64,000 bases of DNA from an uncultured Clostridia bacterium (GTDB lineage Bacteria > Bacillota > Clostridia > Christensenellales > UBA3700). This document shows positions 47,122-56,637 of this stretch, piece after piece (position 1 is the first letter of the stretch; each line of letters starts with the position of its first letter). The stretch covers positions 1,399 to 65,398 of the forward strand of contig CANSGN010000010.1 in assembly GCA_947646415.1 (NCBI GenBank), given 5' to 3'. The notes below the pieces were generated by a model, which was not told the DNA's origin, did not search any database, and saw only the letters and a program-made list of their open reading frames with translations. The position numbers and the translations under genes were made by a program.

Positions 47122-50100
47122 TTATGCAAGTGTTTTTACTGTTTCGCTATCATTATAATATTTACCGCCGATAGCAATTAATTTAATATCGGTGTAGCCG
47201 TCCAAATCCGCTTTTGAAATAACTAACTCTGTTACACCTGTGCTTATTTCGTAGTCCGATTTATCCGCACCTGTAAATACCAATTTGTATCTTAATGCGT
47301 TGTCCACCTTATTCCAACTAAACACATAGTTGTCGCCATCCAACTTAATTTCAAGCGATGGCGCAGCCAAATTAACATTTATTGGGTCAAATTTAGCATA
47401 AGCTTTGGCACTTGAGTTAATACCCTCTACACTGCTTTTTGCTACAATGATTATAGAGTGGTTACCAGGAGTAGTAAGCAAATTAGCAAACTTAGCCTCG
47501 CCGCTCAAATTAAAGAAAATTTCCTCCCCTGCTTTTACGTTGTCATTTTTAATAGTCAATACGATACCATCAAAAACTATCTCGTAAGTTTCGGCAAAAT
47601 GCACTGCCTTAAAAGTCAAAACATACTCGTTGTTATTATTTTTTTCTACCTTAGGAGCGCCTACTTTATCAAGTGTGATATAGTGAGTGTGTTGTGTAAA
47701 GTAAGGGTCGCTATCTCTTATAAATTCGGGCTCGTCAGAGCGCAATACAATTTTAATTGAGTGGTTGCCTACAGTGTTTAAAACAGTTCCCAAATCAAAT
47801 ACGTAGTTCGGTATACCATCGCTGTCCCTGTCTATTGCAAATTCCAAAGGAGTTTCCGCGTTATCGATAGTTACCAAAACTTTGGTAGCTAGGCTGTCGA
47901 TAGAAGAAAGTTCAAGCGTAGCTTTATCGCCCACTCTTTCGATAACCGCAAATTGAGGAGTTTCAAGCCAATCGATATATTTTTCGTTTTGAACATTGAT
48001 AATCAATGCGTTATTATCTTTTAAACTCTCTTTGCTTACCCAAACGGTATTAACACCGATAATTTTACCAAATCCGCCGTTTTCACTCACGTAAACAAGT
48101 TTACCGCCGCTGATTGTACCAAGTTCGCCGCTGTTAAAATCGTTGTAAGTAAAGCCTACCAATCTTAGTTCCGAATGTTCATCCAATACTGCGTTACCAA
48201 TATCGCTATTTGCACGAACACGCGCATTTTGCAAATTAATGTCGATTTTTGTAGCTTTATTAAATGTAATATCCGAATTTACTGCATTAATACTGCTTAT
48301 ATTTTCGCCAAAAGCTAGTTGGTCAAAAACGACTTTACTACTTCTCATATTAAACGAATTGTTTGCTTGAATACTACCTATAGAATTGCCTTGAGCAATA
48401 CTGTCAAACTCGATATCATTAGCAGAAACATTTGTCAAAATAGTTATTGAATTTGCATTTTTTATTGACAATTTGCCGTTAACGGTAATTTTACCACCCA
48501 AAGTATACTCTTTGCCCGACTTAACACCAAGCGTCATAGCCCCGCCTTTAGGGTTTTCCAATGTTAGGTTACCATTTACAGTCAAAGTCTTTTTGTTCAA
48601 ATCCACATTTAAGCCAAGTGTCAAATCGCCGTCAACCGTGATATCCTTTTCTAAATAATAAAGTTCCTTTTTGTCTTTGATAGGCTTTGCAAAATCTTCC
48701 GCACTGCTTATCAAAACTTTAGGCGCATTAATAACCAAAATAGGTGTTAAAACAGATACCAAAATAACAACCGCAAGCACAGCAACGGCAATTAAAATTG
48801 TAATAAGCTTTTTCTTTTTAGGGGTAGCTTTGCCTTTTTTATCCCCGCCTTTCTTTTTGCCTTTTTTATCTGTGCCTTGCTCATCTTCCTCACTATTTTG
48901 CTCGTTAGGGTCGATTTTTTCTGCATTTTCCGCATTGCTATCGTCTACGATAACTATATCGCTGTTTGCATCTTTAACTTCGTCATTGCTGTTTTGTTCG
49001 TCAGCAGGAATATCGCTTTCTTCGTCAACAACTTGGTCGTTAATGTTATCAACTTCTGTGGCGCTTTCATTCATCTCCTGCTCTTCAAAATCATTTTGCT
49101 CGTCTATTACAGCATCGATATTATCTTTTTCTTGCATATCTTCTTCCTTTTGCAAAAACATATCTACCAATTCGTCGCCAGAATTTAGCATAATTCCTGT
49201 TTTTGCACATTCACTTTCAGTATATGCAGAAACACCTTGTTTAATACAAGTGCTGTCGTAAATAATAAACGGAATAGGCTCACTGCTGTGAGTTTTTGTG
49301 ATAAGCGGTGTTGGATGGTCAGGACATACCAAAATACGCAAGTCCTCGTCCTCAAGCTCTCTCAAAATATATGCTACAACCTTTTCGTCAATAAGCTCGA
49401 TAGATTTTACCTTTCCTTTGCTATCCCCTTGATGTCCGCACTCGTCAGGTGCCTCCATGTGAAGATATACATAGTCAAAGCCGTCACGTATAGCTTGCAC
49501 GCAAGCTTGCGCTTTACCCTCAAAATTGGTATGTACAGTGCCTGTAACGCCCTCTACTTCAATAATTTCCATACCGCTTGCAATGCCTATACCTTTTAGC
49601 AAATCGACAGCGGAAATTACCGCTCCCCTCAAGCCGCGTAAGTTCTCAAAGTTAGGAAGAGTCGGTTTACTACCCTCTCCCCATAGCCAAATGCTATTTG
49701 CAGGGTTTTTACCTTCTGCTATCCTTTTTAAATTTATAGGGTGGTCTTTTAAAATATCGTACGACTTAACCATAAGGTCAAGCATTTTGTCGCCGTAAAG
49801 ACCTTTTGGCAAATAGTCGCCTATAACCTTGCCGCTTATGTCATGCGGAGGTGTGTATTCCGTACCACGCTCGCCGTTATGTTTAATCAAACAATGTCTG
49901 TAACTTACACCGCTGTAAAAAGCAAACTCGTCATCTCCAAGTGCCTCTTGAACAAAACCGATAAGCTCTGCTGCCTCTTCAGTAGAAATTTCGCCCGCGC
50001 TATAGTCTACCATACTTTTGTCTGCATATTTCTCCTCGTCCGACAAAGTAACAAGATTACACCTTACAGCCAAATCACTATCCGCCATATCAACACCTAT

Positions 50101-50346
50101 ACTTAGTGCCTCCAAAGGCGACCTACCGCTGTAATACTTTAATGGAGAATATCCCATAACCGACAAATTGGCAACATCACTGCCGGGTTTTATGCCGTCG
50201 GGAACAGTCTTACACATACCGCAAATTGCCTTTTGTGCCAAGCTGTCAATATTAGGCTTGTATGCAACTTCAAGCGGAGTCATACCGCCAAGTGCGTCCG
50301 ATGGCAAATCTGCCATTCCGTCCCCTAAAATCACAATATATTTCAT
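47122..50346 (-). CDS. Fusion protein: archaeal-type cofactor-independent phosphoglycerate mutase (ApgM-like), acidic linker, TM helix, and a large extracellular beta-helix/Ig-like region
   Basis: The ORF track starts at 50373. MKYIVILGDGMAD (50346) is the typical ApgM N-terminus. Motifs GSDVANLSVMGY, RCNLVT and YLHMEAPDECGH are present. These are followed by a D/E/N-rich ~110 aa stretch, the block KKGKKKGGDKKGKATPKKKK, the TM helix LITILIAVAVLAVVILVSVL, and a further ~530 aa. Confidence 0.8.
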   Translation of the reverse strand: MKYIVILGDGMADLPSDALGGMTPLEVAYKPNIDSLAQKAICGMCKTVPDGIKPGSDVANLSVMGYSPLKYYSGRSPLEALSIGVDMADSDLAVRCNLVTLSDEEKYADKSMVDYSAGEISTEEAAELIGFVQEALGDDEFAFYSGVSYRHCLIKHNGERGTEYTPPHDISGKVIGDYLPKGLYGDKMLDLMVKSYDILKDHPINLKRIAEGKNPANSIWLWGEGSKPTLPNFENLRGLRGAVISAVDLLKGIGIASGMEIIEVEGVTGTVHTNFEGKAQACVQAIRDGFDYVYLHMEAPDECGHQGDSKGKVKSIELIDEKVVAYILRELEDEDLRILVCPDHPTPLITKTHSSEPIPFIIYDSTCIKQGVSAYTESECAKTGIMLNSGDELVDMFLQKEEDMQEKDNIDAVIDEQNDFEEQEMNESATEVDNINDQVVDEESDIPADEQNSNDEVKDANSDIVIVDDSNAENAEKIDPNEQNSEEDEQGTDKKGKKKGGDKKGKATPKKKKLITILIAVAVLAVVILVSVLTPILVINAPKVLISSAEDFAKPIKDKKELYYLEKDITVDGDLTLGLNVDLNKKTLTVNGNLTLENPKGGAMTLGVKSGKEYTLGGKITVNGKLSIKNANSITILTNVSANDIEFDSIAQGNSIGSIQANNSFNMRSSKVVFDQLAFGENISSINAVNSDITFNKATKIDINLQNARVRANSDIGNAVLDEHSELRLVGFTYNDFNSGELGTISGGKLVYVSENGGFGKIIGVNTVWVSKESLKDNNALIINVQNEKYIDWLETPQFAVIERVGDKATLELSSIDSLATKVLVTIDNAETPLEFAIDRDSDGIPNYVFDLGTVLNTVGNHSIKIVLRSDEPEFIRDSDPYFTQHTHYITLDKVGAPKVEKNNNNEYVLTFKAVHFAETYEIVFDGIVLTIKNDNVKAGEEIFFNLSGEAKFANLLTTPGNHSIIIVAKSSVEGINSSAKAYAKFDPINVNLAAPSLEIKLDGDNYVFSWNKVDNALRYKLVFTGADKSDYEISTGVTELVISKADLDGYTDIKLIAIGGKYYNDSETVKTLA

Positions 50347-50578
50347 ATTATACCTACCTTTGGCATACGCCAAAAAAAGATTTTTTGAGTTTTAAATGCG
50401 CATATTAAAAATATTTATTAAAATGCAATATAACAATATAATACCTAAAACATTATATTAATATTATAATAAGCATATTAATACGATTATATTTTTATTT
50501 ATACATTATAATTATACACTCAAAAACTCATTAAGTCAAGAAAATTAATTATCACAAGCAAACGTAAGCCAAAACATA

Positions 50579-50623
50579 TTTCTTGAACGGTTGTTGGACG
50601 GTTTGTTGAACGGTATGCAAAAA
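50579..50623. repeat. 45-bp direct repeat, copy 1 (downstream flank of fic)
   Basis: TTTCTTGAACGGTTGTTGGACGGTTTGTTGAACGGTATGCAAAAA is identical to 51669-51713. Confidence 0.95.
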
Positions 50624-50648
50624 GCACCTGCTAATTAGGTGCTTTTTT
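50619..50648. terminator. Bidirectional terminator after fic
   Basis: A5-GCACCT-gctaatt-AGGTGC-T6. Confidence 0.75.
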
Positions 50649-50653
50649 AGATT

Positions 50654-51619
50654 TTACTTTTTATAATACTTTTGATTACGATTGTTTGGCATATCGGGAT
50701 AAGTCATAGCGATTAAGCCTTTTTCTAATGCAGGTTTCAAATAACTTTCGCGGAGAGTTTGCTTACGAGTAAGCCCAAGTTTAGCCATAAGTTCATTTGC
50801 ACTTTGTGGCTCGTAATCAATTACACCCATTAATCGTTCAATATTTTCAGGAAGTTTTTCGTCTTTCAGCTCACAAAGGCTATCGTAAATAATTTGCAAC
50901 AAAAATTCCACAAATACGCTTGAATCCACACTGCTATCGGCACAAGCAAGACATTTGTAATATTCCTTTTGCCTTGATTTTATAAGAGTTTCTATAGGCA
51001 AATAAATGAATATAGGATGATAAGTAGATAAAAGCAAAGTTTGCCACAAACGCCCCATCCTGCCATTTCCGTCTTGAAAAGGATGTATAAATTCAAACTC
51101 ATAATGAAAAACACATGACTTTATTAAAATATGCAGTTCGCTTTGTTCAACCCATTGCAAAAGATTATTAATATGCCCTTTTACCATGTGTGCAGGTGGA
51201 GCTAAATGCACAAGCCTATCTCCCTCAAAAACACCTACACTACCTGTACGAAATTTGCCTGCCTCGCATACAAGCGATTGCATCATTAACTTATGTGCTT
51301 GTAGCAAATCAGAAATGCTGTAAGGATTAAAAGATAAAATATGTTCGTATGCCTCAAAAGCATTTTTAACTTCCTGTATTTCAGACGGCATACCCAATAC
51401 TCTTTTACCATTTACAATAGCCGTAACTTGCTCAATACTTAAAGTATTATTTTCTATAGCTAGCGACGAATGAATTGTTTTTATCCGATTCTCGCGACGT
51501 AAACGAATATCCGGAACAGGTCTATTGTCATATTTAAATTTTCCTATTATTTCGCTTATTTTAGCCACTAAGTTAACAATTTTTGTATTTAAATTAAAAG
51601 GCGGTTTATACTCTTCCAT
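50654..51619 (-). CDS. fic: Fic-family protein (class II: N-terminal inhibitory helix plus a C-terminal wHTH-like tail)
   Basis: 321 aa. The Fic motif is HPFQDGNGRMGR. The upstream inhibitory motif is SSLAIEN, matching (S/T)xxxE(G/N). Confidence 0.9.
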   Translation of the reverse strand: MEEYKPPFNLNTKIVNLVAKISEIIGKFKYDNRPVPDIRLRRENRIKTIHSSLAIENNTLSIEQVTAIVNGKRVLGMPSEIQEVKNAFEAYEHILSFNPYSISDLLQAHKLMMQSLVCEAGKFRTGSVGVFEGDRLVHLAPPAHMVKGHINNLLQWVEQSELHILIKSCVFHYEFEFIHPFQDGNGRMGRLWQTLLLSTYHPIFIYLPIETLIKSRQKEYYKCLACADSSVDSSVFVEFLLQIIYDSLCELKDEKLPENIERLMGVIDYEPQSANELMAKLGLTRKQTLRESYLKPALEKGLIAMTYPDMPNNRNQKYYKK

Positions 51620-51638
51620 AAAAAATCTCCTTATATAT

Positions 51639-51667
51639 ATATTACCATATTACAAAAATATAGTCAA
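51639..51667 (-). promoter_or_regulatory. fic promoter
   Basis: On the minus strand: TTGACT (51662-51667), a 17-nt spacer, then TAATAT (51639-51644), then AAGGAG. The -35 abuts direct-repeat copy 2. Confidence 0.55.
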
Positions 51668-51668
51668 C

Positions 51669-51713
51669 TTTCTTGAACGGTTGTTGGACGGTTTGTTGAA
51701 CGGTATGCAAAAA
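51669..51713. repeat. 45-bp direct repeat, copy 2 (upstream flank of fic)
   Basis: Identical to 50579-50623. Each copy is immediately preceded (in minus orientation) by a different terminator hairpin. Confidence 0.95.
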
Positions 51714-51740
51714 CTCCCGACATAAATCGGGAGTTTTGTT
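51709..51740. terminator. Bidirectional terminator after the GLUG surface-protein gene
   Basis: A5-CTCCCGA-cataaa-TCGGGAG-TTTTG. Confidence 0.75.
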
Positions 51741-51770
51741 GTTTATAAATTAACTATGAAAAGTTTTTTA

Positions 51771-54700
51771 TTAGTTAATTCTTTTGAAAATCATAATTTC
51801 GTCAAATACATAATCTTCAACTTGTAAGAATGTTGCGATTTCCGCATTATTACCAAATCTGCACTCAATTTCCTTTTCAGGGATTACCATACTAATTTGG
51901 TATACATTGCCTTGTCTTAAATATTGAGTAAAGTCAGAGGCATTAAATCCATTGATTGTTAGATTAGGTTTATTGTTTTCTGTATCATACTCAGTATCTG
52001 CTTTGCCGTAAACAAATGTAGCACTTATGTAATAAATACCATCCAACAAGAATGCCTCATATTTCATTGATTTTTCTTTAACAACACCAGGGAAAGTAGC
52101 AATATTTTCAACTTTCTCGATATTTAAATCGGTAATAGCATAAATTACCGACGGCTGTTCGCCTACATCCACACGTGCACCATTTACCAAATATGTTGTT
52201 TTAGCCTCCAATGTTACAGGAGCACCATAATCCATAGATACGGAATTTTTATTGTCATAAACTACTTGAACTTTAGGAGCATCAGCAGTCTCTTCAAACA
52301 AAGCCTTAAATTCTACAACTTTGTTCACTTCATCCCTTGATACTTCTTCCCAGCCTTTGAATATCCAACCCATTTCATTAGGCAATCTGTATTCTGCATC
52401 GTATGATGGGATATGATAATAACATTCTCTCTTTAATTCGTTGTAGTTTGCACGATAAATATGTTTCCAAGGCTTAGCCGCCATGTCGATATCTTCGTAA
52501 ACAGCTGTTAAAGTAAAGTTTTCTTGAACTTTTAACGAATATTTAGGAAGATAAGTCAAATAGCTACCGTCTTTTCTTTGCCAGCCTACAAAAACTTCAC
52601 CTTCTTTGGCAGCAGGAGCATCCAAATAAACTTTATCGCCATATTTATAATCGTCTTTTTCGACTATATCAACACCATCATCGATAGTTACTGTATAAAA
52701 TCTTTCTGCATAATCTACAAATGCAATTTCTTTCAAACTATCATCGGTAGCGGTATAAGTTGCAGTCATTAAGCCGTTATTATTAGTCCAACTAATACCT
52801 GTAATTTCGTTGCCGTTTTTATCTATTAGTTTTACGGCACTTGCAGTAAAGTGGCTATCATCCAATCTTGCAGTGATGGTAATTGTACGCTTTTGAGCGT
52901 TTTTATCTGCATTTCCAAAATCAAAGTTGCTCATAAATTTGTACTCACCGCCTACGGCTGCACCATTTATATAAATACTTGGGTGTACTGTTACAGTGTG
53001 AGGTTTGATTTCTGCTGCAAAATAACTTCCTATCTCTTCTAGTACCATATGACCGTTGCTAAGCTCTACTTCTTGATACAAAATATAGTTGTTTGTAGAT
53101 GGTCTTAATAATTGTCTGCCCGCAATATTTAATTTAATGCTAACACCTTCGTTATATCCTGTATCTTGCCACATCATTTGTTCGTTAGCAGCAAATCCGG
53201 AGTATACACCTGACCTATCGTCGGTCATTTTGTTAAAGGAAACATACGCATTTCCGAAAATAGTTGTTTCTCCTCGTTTGTAACCTGCAGAAGTTCTAAC
53301 CAATAGACTTCTTTTTTGGATAGTAATGGTTCTTAACATACTATCGTTAATAACATTATTTAAAAGCACGACAACTTTTTCCTGCTCGTCACTGTAAGCA
53401 ACGGCATGTTCTCTATCGCCGTTATCGTCACAATAAAGTTTTACTGCTCTTCCGTTAAAAACATTCATGGAGTTTTTAAGGTCTCCTACATTTATAACTC
53501 GCAATCCTTTATCGTAAAGCTGTCCGTTTATTTTCATTTTCAATTCGTATGTAGTACCATCGTAATACAAAGGAGAATCTACACCACCATTTTTAGCACT
53601 TCTGGTTTGGTCGGACATTTCCATCCATTTTATACCGTCAGTGTCAGAAACCTCTCCATTGCTATCCATCTTATAAAATCCTATTTCGCCGGTACTATTT
53701 ATACCTACTTCGATTTCCGAGGTTGTAGCTGCATCCGGATAGTTGTTTTTTACAATAATGCCCGACTCTAAGTTAGAGAATGTTGGAGAGCTATACAAAG
53801 TCCACAAAATTTTACCTTGAGGTACAAAAATCACTACACCTTGGCCATCATGATTGAAAAAGTAAGGTATTGCAACACCATTGTTACCATTATTCCTTCC
53901 GTTTGTTGTAAGAGTTGCTTTTTCTCCGCAATCTCCGTAACCTTGATTGTATACACTTCCGCTGGCCTCGTTACCCTCCTTATTGGTACCGCCTGTAGCG
54001 TTCATATAAATCATTGTTCCGGGTAAAGGTCCTTCCGCAATATAAATATTCTTCATTTGCTGTACGCCTTCGCCTTCGCCACTACCGCCGCTTGAGCCCT
54101 CTGCTATCATACAATCCAAATTGCCGGATACCATTGCAGTTGTTACGCTAGCACCTGAGTTAACACCTATAATACCACCTATCTTTCTATAGCACTTATA
54201 AGGTCCTCTGCTTGCTCCGTTTTGATGGGTTTTTATATAGCCATGTAATCTACTATTATTCTCAAATTTAGCATATAGGTTGTTAAGTTTTGCACCATTT
54301 GCAACATAACCAGCTATACCACCAATCAAAGTTGAGCCCGAATTTCTATAGGTTTTAGTCGGGAAAGTACCTGTCCAATATCCCGACCTACCTTCTGCAT
54401 ATAGCTTGCTATTAGTTCCAAAAATTGCAGTTGCATTGCTTATAGTTCCACCTCTGCTTGCACCTACAACAAGTCCTAATAATATAGCTCCGTTACAACC
54501 TGATTTAGAAAAAGTATCGTCTCTATCTATCCCCTCGTGAGAAGAAACATATAATTGCTTATCGGCAGCCAATTCCACAACTACGTTATCTATATCGCCG
54601 CCGCTGTTATAGCCCACTAGACCTCCAAAGGCTATATGCGCATCTAATCTACCCTCATTATTACTTACACTGCCGGTATCTCTATATGTTATTTTATGAT

Positions 54701-55340
54701 TCCATGGGATATAAAATTTGAAATTAAACAATTTACCGCCTGCGCCAAGCTCGTTAAGCATACCGCCAAAGCAATGGTAAGCTACAGGATATGGATTACC
54801 ACTATCATCCGGCATTTCATATCCAGGTATATCTTTTGCTGTTACATGAGGTCTTTGACCTACTGATTGAGCATGATCACAGGCTATAATATCCGGACCG
54901 CCGCCTTCTAAAGTTACTGTATATCCACATCCGTCAAACCATTTTGTAAACTTACCCACGCTGCCGGGTGCAAGACCCGCATAAGTTGAGGTTGTTCCCC
55001 AATCCAAGGTAACATTAGAGGTCAAATATCCGCTTTTGCCGGAATAACTACCCTCTTGTTTTAAAAAACTTTGTAATTGAGCGCCGTTGCTTATAGCAAC
55101 CCAATCGGTTGATTCCACATAACCGGAACTGTTTATGTACCTTTCCTGGTCGCCAACACCGCCCAAATAGTTATTTTCGGTATAACCCTCGTTAAGAACA
55201 GGCTGTACTGTATCCAAATAAGTACCATTGCTGATATCCGACTTGTTTAAGGTTAACACCCCAAACAAAGCCAAAACAAAAGACAATGTAAGCACTATAC
55301 TGATGCAAATACCGAATACCCTCGTCTTTCTTCTTTCCAT
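51771..55340 (-). CDS. Large secreted/anchored surface protein with GLUG-motif repeats and Listeria-Bacteroides (Flg_new-type) repeats
   Basis: 1189 aa. An N-terminal signal-anchor is present. GLUG-like units include GGLVGYNSGGDIDNV, IGGIAGYVANGAKLNN and IGGIIGVNSGASVTT. C-terminal units such as FVGWQRKDGSYL...FTLTAVYE and IFKGWEEV...FKALFE are present. Confidence 0.8.
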   Translation of the reverse strand: MERRKTRVFGICISIVLTLSFVLALFGVLTLNKSDISNGTYLDTVQPVLNEGYTENNYLGGVGDQERYINSSGYVESTDWVAISNGAQLQSFLKQEGSYSGKSGYLTSNVTLDWGTTSTYAGLAPGSVGKFTKWFDGCGYTVTLEGGGPDIIACDHAQSVGQRPHVTAKDIPGYEMPDDSGNPYPVAYHCFGGMLNELGAGGKLFNFKFYIPWNHKITYRDTGSVSNNEGRLDAHIAFGGLVGYNSGGDIDNVVVELAADKQLYVSSHEGIDRDDTFSKSGCNGAILLGLVVGASRGGTISNATAIFGTNSKLYAEGRSGYWTGTFPTKTYRNSGSTLIGGIAGYVANGAKLNNLYAKFENNSRLHGYIKTHQNGASRGPYKCYRKIGGIIGVNSGASVTTAMVSGNLDCMIAEGSSGGSGEGEGVQQMKNIYIAEGPLPGTMIYMNATGGTNKEGNEASGSVYNQGYGDCGEKATLTTNGRNNGNNGVAIPYFFNHDGQGVVIFVPQGKILWTLYSSPTFSNLESGIIVKNNYPDAATTSEIEVGINSTGEIGFYKMDSNGEVSDTDGIKWMEMSDQTRSAKNGGVDSPLYYDGTTYELKMKINGQLYDKGLRVINVGDLKNSMNVFNGRAVKLYCDDNGDREHAVAYSDEQEKVVVLLNNVINDSMLRTITIQKRSLLVRTSAGYKRGETTIFGNAYVSFNKMTDDRSGVYSGFAANEQMMWQDTGYNEGVSIKLNIAGRQLLRPSTNNYILYQEVELSNGHMVLEEIGSYFAAEIKPHTVTVHPSIYINGAAVGGEYKFMSNFDFGNADKNAQKRTITITARLDDSHFTASAVKLIDKNGNEITGISWTNNNGLMTATYTATDDSLKEIAFVDYAERFYTVTIDDGVDIVEKDDYKYGDKVYLDAPAAKEGEVFVGWQRKDGSYLTYLPKYSLKVQENFTLTAVYEDIDMAAKPWKHIYRANYNELKRECYYHIPSYDAEYRLPNEMGWIFKGWEEVSRDEVNKVVEFKALFEETADAPKVQVVYDNKNSVSMDYGAPVTLEAKTTYLVNGARVDVGEQPSVIYAITDLNIEKVENIATFPGVVKEKSMKYEAFLLDGIYYISATFVYGKADTEYDTENNKPNLTINGFNASDFTQYLRQGNVYQISMVIPEKEIECRFGNNAEIATFLQVEDYVFDEIMIFKRIN

Positions 55341-56043
55341 AATTTCCTCCCTAAGAAGTCAGAATTTGCCCACCACACAATATAAACAGCGGATAAAAAA
55401 CATATTGCAAACCAACTGAATAATATTGGGAGCAATAGCAGTTTTTCATTATACCTTTATATATGCGTGGTATAATACAATATTATAATAGAACATATAC
55501 CTTAATCAAACCTTAAACAAGGGAAATGCTACAAAAAATTTACACAAAAATTATATAAAATAAATATTATTTCGCTTTTTAGAAATTCTTTGTCTACCAA
55601 ATTTTTACCGCTAGCAATCTTTTGTCTAACAAAATTAATACTCTTAACCTCTTTGTCTTTACCTAGATATTTTAGACTAAGCACCTAACTTTGTTCAATA
55701 TAATTATTAACAAGCTGCCATAAACTTTTAGACCATTAGTCTTTTTCAATCAAAGAACATTAAAAACTAGATTGCAAATAAAAGTCGGCTTGTATATCAT
55801 TTGCTTTTTTTGTATGCTTTTTACTTTACTATTTGCCAATAATTATTTTATGCTACTCAATTACCCGTGTCACAAACTTATTTTAATCGCCTATTTTTGC
55901 ACTTGTTTAAGCGTATTTCACTTAAAATACGCCTAATCTGTTGACTATTCGCTTAAATTTAACTATTTTTAAGCGAATTTTAATATAAAATTGCTTAAAA
56001 ACTGTTGATTTTGGAAAATTTTAGGTAAATTACAGGCTATATA

Positions 56044-56072
56044 TTGATAAATCTAACAATTTGTGCTATAAT
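56044..56072 (+). promoter_or_regulatory. trxA promoter
   Basis: TTGATA (56044-56049), a 17-nt spacer, then TATAAT (56067-56072). RBS AAGGAG. Confidence 0.6.
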
Positions 56073-56127
56073 AATTATAGTTACAATAAAAAGTATTTAT
56101 CTTTAATCAAGATAACAAGGAGATAAT

Positions 56128-56430
56128 ATGTTAAACCACATTAATAGTAAGGAAGAATTTGAACAAAAAATAGCAAACGGCACTGTACTTGTAGACTTTT
56201 TTGCAACATGGTGCGGACCTTGCAAAATGTTAGCGCCTGTGCTTGAGCAACTTGCAAACGAAATGCCTGAAATCGAAATTTTGAAAATCGATGTTGACCA
56301 AGTATCTGACGTTGCAAAGGAATATGGCATAATGTCAATCCCTACGCTTATCCTTTTTAAAGACGGCGTTAAACAAAATACACAAGTAGGTTTTATGAAT
56401 ATTAACCAACTTAAAAGTTTTGTAAAATAA
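56128..56430 (+). CDS. trxA: Thioredoxin
   Basis: 100 aa with the active site WCGPC. Confidence 0.95.
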   Translation: MLNHINSKEEFEQKIANGTVLVDFFATWCGPCKMLAPVLEQLANEMPEIEILKIDVDQVSDVAKEYGIMSIPTLILFKDGVKQNTQVGFMNINQLKSFVK

Positions 56431-56453
56431 CAATTAACTAATTTTGTATATTT

Positions 56454-56490
56454 AAATGCTTGCTTTTACAGCAGGCATTTTTTTATTTTT
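56454..56490 (+). terminator. trxA terminator
   Basis: AATGCTTGC / GCAGGCATT stem (one G-U pair) followed by a T-run. Confidence 0.7.
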
Positions 56491-56591
56491 TACAATATCC
56501 ACAGCAAATAGATTTTTTTATAATAATTATTATCAATATTTATTGTCTTTTTAAAAGTGATAAAACTTTTTGATTTTTTGCTTTTAAATAA

Positions 56592-56620
56592 TTGACAGTT
56601 ATATAAATGTATGCTATACT
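56592..56620 (+). promoter_or_regulatory. Promoter of the XRE-cupin/potABCD operon
   Basis: TTGACA (56592-56597), a 17-nt spacer, then TATACT (56615-56620). Confidence 0.6.
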
Positions 56621-56637
56621 CTTTTTGTTTAATAAAA

